Of a DNA stretch of 64,000 bases, positions 57,645 to 64,000 are shown in pieces. The notes below the pieces were generated by a model. That model ran no database searches and was not told the DNA's origin. It saw nothing but the letters and a program-made list of their open reading frames with translations. This DNA comes from Methanobacteriota archaeon (GTDB lineage: Archaea; Thermoplasmatota; SW-10-69-26; JACQPN01). A program made the position numbers and the translations under genes. Each line of letters starts with the position of its first letter. The first letter of the stretch is position 1. The DNA lies in assembly GCA_016207515.1 (NCBI GenBank), contig JACQPN010000005.1, positions 12,810-76,809 on the forward strand, in the 5' to 3' direction.

Positions 57645-59459
57645 ATGGTCGATGAGAAGAAGGGAGGGAAGGACGTGGAGAAAGAGGCCACGGCGGGCGA
57701 TGTACATGACAGACTCATGGCGCTTCTCAAGCGGCGCGGCTTCATCCAACCCGCTTACGAACCGTACGGCGGGGTGGCCGGTTTCTATGACTACGGCCCG
57801 CTGGGAGCCGCGATCAGGAACAACATCGAATCCACGTGGCGCCGTTATTTTGTCCACGAGGAAGGATTCGCCGAGATAATCTCGCCGACCGTGGCGCCAG
57901 AGCAGGTTTTCCGGGCGAGCGGGCACCTGGCGGGGTTTGCGGATCCGCTCGTCGAGTGCCCGAACTGCCGGGAAGTATCGCGCGCCGACCACCTGCTTGA
58001 GGCGATCTCCGCGAAGTACAACGGGCTAGGCCTCGAAGAGGTGAAGGCGCAGTGGAGGCACGTTCGCGCGGAAGTCGCCTGCCCGACTTGTAAGAAGAAA
58101 GGTGATTGGCCTGACGTGCAGGCGTTCAACCTGATGTACGGTGTCAAGATCGGGGCCGGCGACTCAGCGCGGCAAGGCTATTTGCGCCCCGAGACCGCGC
58201 AATCCATGTTCATGACGTTCCCGTGGCTTCTCCGATACTTCCGGGACAAACTGCCCTTCGGCGCCGTGCAGATCGGGCGCGCCTACAGGAACGAGATAGC
58301 GCCGCGGCAAGGATTGTTGCGCCTACGCGAATTCTCGCAAGCCGAGGCCGAGATATTCTTCGACCCCGGCGAAAAGACGCACAAGCGGCTCGCCGCGGTG
58401 AGAAACGAGAAGGTCCGTCTTCGCCCCGCCAAGCGCCCCGGAAGGGCGCATAAGGAAGATGCCGAACTCCACGCGCTCGGCGAGGCCGTAACGCACAAGA
58501 TCATCGGCAACGAGAAGGGCGGCAACGAGGCTCTTGCCTACTACATCTGGTTCACGCAGAAGTTCCTCGTCGAGGTCGGGATTCCTCTCGAGCGGCTCCG
58601 GTTCCGCCAGCACGAGGCGGACGAGATGGCGCATTATGCGAGCGACTGTTGGGACGCCGAATTCCTCTCCGAACGCTTCGGGTGGGTGGAGATAGTCGGC
58701 ATCGCCGACCGTGGTACCTATGACCTGGACGCGCACGCGAAGGCGAGCGGCCACGCGAACGAACACGACCACAAGACACCCGCCTTCACCTCCGTTAGCT
58801 CCCCGTTCAAAGTCTTCAAGCAATTCGATTCGCCAAGGACCGCCACGGTCGACAGGGTGATCCCCCGCAAGGAAAAGCTCGGACCCGCCTTCAGGGCGAA
58901 GGCGGCGAAGGTGGCGGCCGCCATGGGCGACTACGACGCAAAACAGGCGGCCAAGGAGGGGCTGCTCCACCTCACGATCGACGGCGAGGAGCTGGAAGTG
59001 TCCTCCGACCTCTTCGAGGTCCGACCCGTCACTGAAACGGTGGCTGGCGAATACGTCGTGCCCCACGTGGTCGAGCCTTCGTTCGGCCTCGATCGGATAA
59101 CGTATGCCGTGCTCGAGTGCTCGTGGTCCGAGGGCGAGTGGCCCGTGTTGAGGCTGCCGGTCGTGACGGCGCCGGTGAAGGTCGGGGTCTTTCCTTTGAT
59201 GGACCGCGACGGGCTCGATGTCCTTGCGATGGAAGTCGATTCCCGTCTGCGCTCGGCCGGTATCGCGACGTACTACGACGACGCGGGCGCGATAGGCCGG
59301 CGCTACGCCCGCATGGACGAGATCGGCACGCCGTGGTGCGTGACCGTCGATTACGACTCGCTGGAGAAGAAGGACGTTACGGTGCGCGAGCGCGACACGA
59401 CAAAGCAGGAGCGCGTCGCCATCGCTTCACTGGTCGAGCGGTTTCGCAAAAAAGGCTAG
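57645..59459 (+). CDS. glyS: Glycine-tRNA ligase (alpha2 type)
   Basis: YGGVAGFYDYGPLG, LRPETAQ, RNEIAPRQGLLRLREF, MAHYA, EPSFG.DR, IGRRYAR.DEIG. Confidence 0.97.
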   Translation: MVDEKKGGKDVEKEATAGDVHDRLMALLKRRGFIQPAYEPYGGVAGFYDYGPLGAAIRNNIESTWRRYFVHEEGFAEIISPTVAPEQVFRASGHLAGFADPLVECPNCREVSRADHLLEAISAKYNGLGLEEVKAQWRHVRAEVACPTCKKKGDWPDVQAFNLMYGVKIGAGDSARQGYLRPETAQSMFMTFPWLLRYFRDKLPFGAVQIGRAYRNEIAPRQGLLRLREFSQAEAEIFFDPGEKTHKRLAAVRNEKVRLRPAKRPGRAHKEDAELHALGEAVTHKIIGNEKGGNEALAYYIWFTQKFLVEVGIPLERLRFRQHEADEMAHYASDCWDAEFLSERFGWVEIVGIADRGTYDLDAHAKASGHANEHDHKTPAFTSVSSPFKVFKQFDSPRTATVDRVIPRKEKLGPAFRAKAAKVAAAMGDYDAKQAAKEGLLHLTIDGEELEVSSDLFEVRPVTETVAGEYVVPHVVEPSFGLDRITYAVLECSWSEGEWPVLRLPVVTAPVKVGVFPLMDRDGLDVLAMEVDSRLRSAGIATYYDDAGAIGRRYARMDEIGTPWCVTVDYDSLEKKDVTVRERDTTKQERVAIASLVERFRKKG

Positions 59460-59828
59460 TGATTGTCTATTCCCTTGACGCCAGAAAGGACCTTTCACCC
59501 CAAGGAATAGACTATCAGTATTCGTTGGATCCTATGATTTTGGAACATATTTTGTAGGCGGCTTCACCTACTCCGGTTACAGGGAATCGAATATCTCCCC
59601 ACTGGGCCTCAACTGGGCGGTCAGAGGAGCAAGCGGGGCACCCGATCCGGAGGCAATCGGAGGGGCTGGCTCGAACGGACTTGCGTTTCTTGTTCAGCTC
59701 CAGCGCTTTGATAATTATTTTCTGTGAAGGATAAAATTCATTACCTACGACGTGAATCACCATCCCGGAGGCTGAAGGGCGCCACAAGTGCCCAGAGGCT
59801 TCGCTAAGAAAGTTGGAGGTGTAAAAAG

Positions 59829-60110
59829 ATGAACAAACTATTGGCAATATTGGCGCTCGGAGCACTCGTTGCCCCGATCGCGATGGCACACCCAGGCGAA
59901 GAGGATGCAGGCGCAGGCGGCTTCTACGTTGGAGCCGGCAGCGTCTGGCAGGAAGCGAACACCGAGAGCGGACTGCAGTCAGCGGTCGTTCTCTGTCACG
60001 ACTCGCACGTCGAAATCAACGACAACGGCACGCCCGACGACACGTCCGATGACTTCGAAGAGGTCATCTGCGACGCCGACATGCCGTCCGACGACAACCT
60101 GCTCGCGTAA
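59829..60110 (+). CDS. Small secreted acidic protein
   Basis: GGAGGTG SD, signal peptide, NDNGTPDDTSDD, two Cys. Confidence 0.75.
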   Translation: MNKLLAILALGALVAPIAMAHPGEEDAGAGGFYVGAGSVWQEANTESGLQSAVVLCHDSHVEINDNGTPDDTSDDFEEVICDADMPSDDNLLA

Positions 60111-60129
60111 ACGAGCTACGAGACACGGG

Positions 60130-60164
60130 GCCCGGGGGAATTCCCCGGGCTCTCCCGATTTTTT
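60130..60164 (+). terminator. Hairpin plus T-tract
   Basis: GCCCGGGG-GAATT-CCCCGGGC then TTTTTT at 60159-60164. Confidence 0.6.
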
Positions 60165-60179
60165 GGGGTTTATTGCCTA

Positions 60180-61331
60180 CTATGACTGCCTCCGCCCGCG
60201 GGCCACGAGCGAAAGACCGATCACGGCGGCCAACGCCTGAAAAAGTCCAAGGTCCGGGATGACGGTGCCCGTCTGACCGGTCTCCTGTCGCCCCTTTTGC
60301 GTTTCCCCTGAGCTCGGAAGTTCATCGGGTTCGACCTTGAAGGTCTCCCCGCTTGCATCCCCCGAATCTACCGAGCCCGCCTCGACCGTTGTATCAAAGA
60401 CGTTCACGACCTTGCTCCTCCCGTCGGGGCCATCTCCACCCACTATGTAGGCGCGGCCTGCGACGAGCGCCGCTCCCGCGTCCCAACGCGCCGGCGCGAC
60501 CCGCGACGTCAGGTTGACAACACCGTCGGTCGTGATCCGGAAAACGACGGGCGTGCCCCTAGATTTTGCGTTGTCGATCGAACCGCCGAAAAGATGAACC
60601 ACGCCTCCGTCGCCGACCCCCGAGGAGGCGCGAAGAGTAGTAGGGAGCCTGAAGGGCGAAATCGAGACCGAACGAGTGACGGGATCGAAGAATATGACTT
60701 CGCGGCTCATACCGTGGTCGGTAAGACCACCCACGATGACCACGCGGGTTCCGTCGTAGACGGCCGCATGGTCGAGCCGCCCGGAAGGGAGCCTCGACCC
60801 GGTGTCCGCGATCGTCTTCGCAACAGGGTCGAACACCAGGATCGCGTCCCTATCGACGCCCGCTTTCAGATCGAACCCGCCGCTCACGTAGATGCGTTTC
60901 CCGTCGGATGCGGCCGCACAACCCCAGATGGCCCATGGGAGACGCGTGGTTATGAGCGCCGTCGCGATGCCGGTCGCCGGGTCGAACTCGACGATCTCAT
61001 CGGTAGGGACCGGGGCTCCAGCCACGAAATTCACGCCTCCGAAGACATAGGCCCGGGCCGCGACGTATGCCGCGCAACCTTCGTATCGGGGAGAGGGAAG
61101 ACTTGAGACCTTCGTGACGGTGAGCGCCGTCGGGCTCAACCGAAGGATATCGCCGCTTACGCTCGAATCCCCGCGTCCTCCAAAGACGTACACGCTCGCA
61201 CCGTCCGTGGCGACCATCGCGCCGGCCAAAGCGGCCGGCAGGGCCTCGCGTTGGTCGACCATGCGCTCCGCCGTGCTGACCTGGGCCATCAAGAGGAGTG
61301 CCAGGAGGACGGGGCATAGGCGCGTACTCAT
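60180..61331 (-). CDS. Secreted Kelch-repeat protein with C-terminal sorting/TM tail
   Basis: Six GG-containing Kelch blades (e.g. VYVFGG, LPSPR); tail IPDLGLFQALAAVIGLSLVARGRR resembles a PGF-CTERM-type signal. Confidence 0.85.
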   Translation of the reverse strand: MSTRLCPVLLALLLMAQVSTAERMVDQREALPAALAGAMVATDGASVYVFGGRGDSSVSGDILRLSPTALTVTKVSSLPSPRYEGCAAYVAARAYVFGGVNFVAGAPVPTDEIVEFDPATGIATALITTRLPWAIWGCAAASDGKRIYVSGGFDLKAGVDRDAILVFDPVAKTIADTGSRLPSGRLDHAAVYDGTRVVIVGGLTDHGMSREVIFFDPVTRSVSISPFRLPTTLRASSGVGDGGVVHLFGGSIDNAKSRGTPVVFRITTDGVVNLTSRVAPARWDAGAALVAGRAYIVGGDGPDGRSKVVNVFDTTVEAGSVDSGDASGETFKVEPDELPSSGETQKGRQETGQTGTVIPDLGLFQALAAVIGLSLVARGRRQS

Positions 61332-61384
61332 GCGGGGGCGAACGACGCGTGCCATCCTTAAGACTTCCCGGACGATCACGTCGC

Positions 61385-62722
61385 TCAGCGTGCGATGGTC
61401 TTCAGGCACTCGTCAAGTATGTCCAGGCCTTCATCGAGTTGTTCCCGGTCGATGATGAGCGGCGGGATCAGGCGCACCGAGGATTTCCCGCAGGGCAGAA
61501 CCAGGAGACCCCGCTTGTACGCCGCTTCGATCACGGCGGCGCGTTCCTTCACCGCGTGTTCCTTGGTCTTGCGATCCTTGACGAGGTCGATCGCCTGCAT
61601 GAGGCCAAGGCCCCGCGCGTCTCCGACGAGGTCGTGGCGCTCCTTGAACCCGGCCAGCCGTTTCGAGAGGTGCTTTCCGAGAGTCGCCGCGTTCTCGACG
61701 AGCTTCTCGTCCCTGATCACGTCGAGTGTGGCCATGGCTGCGGCGCACGAGACGGGGTTTCCGCCGAACGTGTTGCTGTGCGCTCCTGCGCGGTCGAAGT
61801 CAAGGTCGGAGCGCGCGATGCACGCTCCAAGCGGCATCCCTGAAGCGATGCCCTTGGCTATCGAGACGATATCCGGTTCGACGCCGAAATGCTCGGACGC
61901 GAACATCTTTCCCGTGCGTCCGATGCCGCTTTGGACCTCGTCTGCTACCAGAAGTATGCCGTTTTCGCGGCATAGCTCGTGGAGTCTGGGGAGGAACGTC
62001 TTCGGCGGGACGATGTATCCGCCTTCTCCTTGAACGGGTTCGACGAATAGGGCCGCGACTTCGTTCGCCGGGACCGCGTTTTCGAAGACGTAGTCCTGGA
62101 TGTACCGTAGCGTCGCGTCGACGAGCCGATCGGGTTCGGCGTAGCCGTCTATCCCCCACGGGTTACGGTAGGGGTTCGCGAAGGGCACGTGGGTGACGCC
62201 GGGCATCGTGGGGAAGAAGCGCTCCTTGTGCACGATCTTGCTGGCGGTGAGCGAGAGCGAGCCCGCGGTGCGGCCGTGGAACGCGCCGTAGAACGCAAGA
62301 ATCTGTTTCCTATGTGACTTGTGGCGCGCGATCTTGATCGCAGCCTCGTTCGACTCCGTTCCCGATTGCGTGTAGAATACTTTCTTGGCGACGAGACCTG
62401 GCGTGATCTCGGTGAGCCGTCTTGCGAGCTCAACTTGGACCGCGTAGTAATAATCGGTCCCGGCGAAGTGGATGAACTTGGCCGCCTGCTCCGCGATCGC
62501 CTTGACGACGCGGGGGTGAGCGTGGCCTGTGGAGTTCACGCCGACGCCGGCCGTGAAATCGAGGAAGACCTCGCCGTCGACGCCGTGCACGTGGACACCT
62601 TGTGCGTGAGAGACAGCTATCGGGGCGGTCTTGGTCGTCGTCACCAGGAAACGCTCGTCGTCGGCGATCAGCTTCTTGGCGTTCGGGCCGGGAGGGGGAG
62701 ATTTCACGGAAGTCTTGTCCAT
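61385..62722 (-). CDS. Class III aminotransferase (4-aminobutyrate/acetylornithine type)
   Basis: SGTESNEAA, FHGRT, EPVQGEGG, DEVQSGIGRTG, AKGIASG, TFGGNP. Confidence 0.93.
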   Translation of the reverse strand: MDKTSVKSPPPGPNAKKLIADDERFLVTTTKTAPIAVSHAQGVHVHGVDGEVFLDFTAGVGVNSTGHAHPRVVKAIAEQAAKFIHFAGTDYYYAVQVELARRLTEITPGLVAKKVFYTQSGTESNEAAIKIARHKSHRKQILAFYGAFHGRTAGSLSLTASKIVHKERFFPTMPGVTHVPFANPYRNPWGIDGYAEPDRLVDATLRYIQDYVFENAVPANEVAALFVEPVQGEGGYIVPPKTFLPRLHELCRENGILLVADEVQSGIGRTGKMFASEHFGVEPDIVSIAKGIASGMPLGACIARSDLDFDRAGAHSNTFGGNPVSCAAAMATLDVIRDEKLVENAATLGKHLSKRLAGFKERHDLVGDARGLGLMQAIDLVKDRKTKEHAVKERAAVIEAAYKRGLLVLPCGKSSVRLIPPLIIDREQLDEGLDILDECLKTIAR

Positions 62723-63037
62723 CGGAACACTCGCCTACGAATTTCGTAATCAGGTCAGTTGTTCAAGAGTTAAAACGCTTGCGTTGCGGGCACGGACCCC
62801 AGAAAGCCCATGGCGCGCGGCGGAAGCCGCAGGGAAGCGTCGCCCACGCCGCGGGAACCGCATCTTCGTCGGGCGTTTCCGCTGCCGGACGGCCGATTCC
62901 TGCCGACAAGCCAAGGGCCAGAGTGGCGAACCGCAGGACGGGTCGGCGCCCGGCGGAACCGGTGGGACGCGACGCACATGATTCCCCGGGAAGCGGCTTC
63001 GGGTCGGGCCTCAGTCCTGCGATGGCCCCCACCGCCA

Positions 63038-64000
63038 TCATTCGTATACGCGTCTATTGAGACGGGGAATGAGCGCGCAGATGATCGCCGTCTCCGTAAG
63101 CCTCGTCCTGTCCAACGCGCCACTCGAGAGCCAACCCACCGCCCCCATCGAATTACCGATCCCGAAAACGCCTGTAAGGCGCGCCATCGCTTCCCCGATG
63201 CTTCGCCCCGCGGCGACGTCCTTCACGACCCTCGGCGGATACGCGAAGCCGGGCCCGTGGCCAAGAGTGAGCCCGCCGCGCTTTCCAACTATCGCGCAGA
63301 ACTGGACGTCAAGGTAATCCTTGATCAACGGATTCCAGAACAGGCCAGCCTCTATGCCTACGCCAAGGTCCGCCCCCGTCGAGTCCAAGGCCGCGCGGGC
63401 CCGGTTCACGGCGCCTTTCAACGTGTCCTGCGCGAACGGTTGCTCCGGCACTCCGCTTGAGACCCCGACGCCTTTCACGATTACGTTCGCGTGATAATGT
63501 GCGAAAGCGTTCTTCACCGCCGCCAGCTTCGCCGGGTTCTTCGTGCCGACGGCGACGCGCAGGCGCGAAAGCGACCGACCGTCCACGTCGATCTCGCCCG
63601 CGCCTATCCTCGTGCCGCTGATCGGGCGCCCGTCATGGGCCAACACGTGGGCGACGACCTCGACCTTGAGAGGCTTCAACCCTCGCTTTCGACGGGCCCG
63701 GTTTATCGAATCGGCGGTCTTCCTCGTTTCCGGCGACACTACGATGCACTCGAACCGCTTCTCAAGGGCCCGTCCCTCTGGCGCCACGATCCTTGAGACG
63801 ATGGCCCGTCCCGTCCACCCGCGGGCGCGTAGGACATCTTTCAAGGCCCTGAGCCGCGAACGGTACGTTGCGACCGGTCGCGCCCGCCGCGACGAAGCGA
63901 GTTCACCCGATGTGAGCCCTATGAAGACCTCGTCCCCAACCTCGAAGGCGCGTTCCAGGAGCGCCAAATGGCCCCGGTGAAGGGGATCGAACGTCCCGCC
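63038..64000 (-). CDS. yjjX: Fusion of phosphopantetheine adenylyltransferase and inosine/xanthosine triphosphatase (start lies beyond window)
   Basis: GGTFDPLHRGH, VVSPET, ISGTRI (PPAT); GTKNPAK, SGVPEQP, GIEAG, GAVG.LS (YjjX). Confidence 0.88.
   Translation of the reverse strand, partial: GGTFDPLHRGHLALLERAFEVGDEVFIGLTSGELASSRRARPVATYRSRLRALKDVLRARGWTGRAIVSRIVAPEGRALEKRFECIVVSPETRKTADSINRARRKRGLKPLKVEVVAHVLAHDGRPISGTRIGAGEIDVDGRSLSRLRVAVGTKNPAKLAAVKNAFAHYHANVIVKGVGVSSGVPEQPFAQDTLKGAVNRARAALDSTGADLGVGIEAGLFWNPLIKDYLDVQFCAIVGKRGGLTLGHGPGFAYPPRVVKDVAAGRSIGEAMARLTGVFGIGNSMGAVGWLSSGALDRTRLTETAIICALIPRLNRRVYE

Noticed and set aside
59515-59889. Minus-strand ORF with a CPAC motif
   Set aside because: Overlaps the promoter and start of the better-supported plus-strand gene; zinc-ribbon pattern incomplete
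1051-62433. Many long alternative-frame and antisense ORFs (e.g. 1051-2001, 22085-23077, 53367-54341, 56738-57745)
   Set aside because: Arg/Pro/Ser-rich shadow ORFs expected at high GC, overlapping well-supported genes
62763-63041. 92-aa ORF or RNase P-like RNA between the aminotransferase and yjjX
   Set aside because: Translation has no recognisable features; GGGAAGCGTCGCCCAC only loosely resembles RNase P CR-I and no CR-V partner was seen

Overview
GC-rich archaeal chromosomal segment, most likely Thermoplasmatota (HU-type chromatin protein, archaeal TFB/Gar1/Spt4/Rpo7/S24e/S27ae/ThrS, many LxGC lipoproteins). It is mostly housekeeping and metabolic genes. The stand-out region is an accessory island (~6.9-14.3 kb) ending at tRNA-Arg(CCG). 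Three copies of the tRNA's 3'-terminal 16 bp, each with conserved arms or inverted repeats, divide it into small integrase-less cassettes. These carry two AbiE-like (type IV) toxin-antitoxin pairs, a wHTH gene pair, a PD-(D/E)XK nuclease and a DUF2075 helicase. The same locus contains modular arrays of short GC-rich hairpins: one frameshifts the nuclease gene and two interrupt a duplicated tRNA promoter and 5' half. Also notable: a full-length but catalytically degenerate second membrane pyrophosphatase, a candidate ~260-nt structured ncRNA between gar1 and thrS, a second TA hotspot near tfb, and a 48-aa CxxC-x17-CxxC protein missing from the ORF track. All family assignments come from motif recognition by eye; no searches were run.
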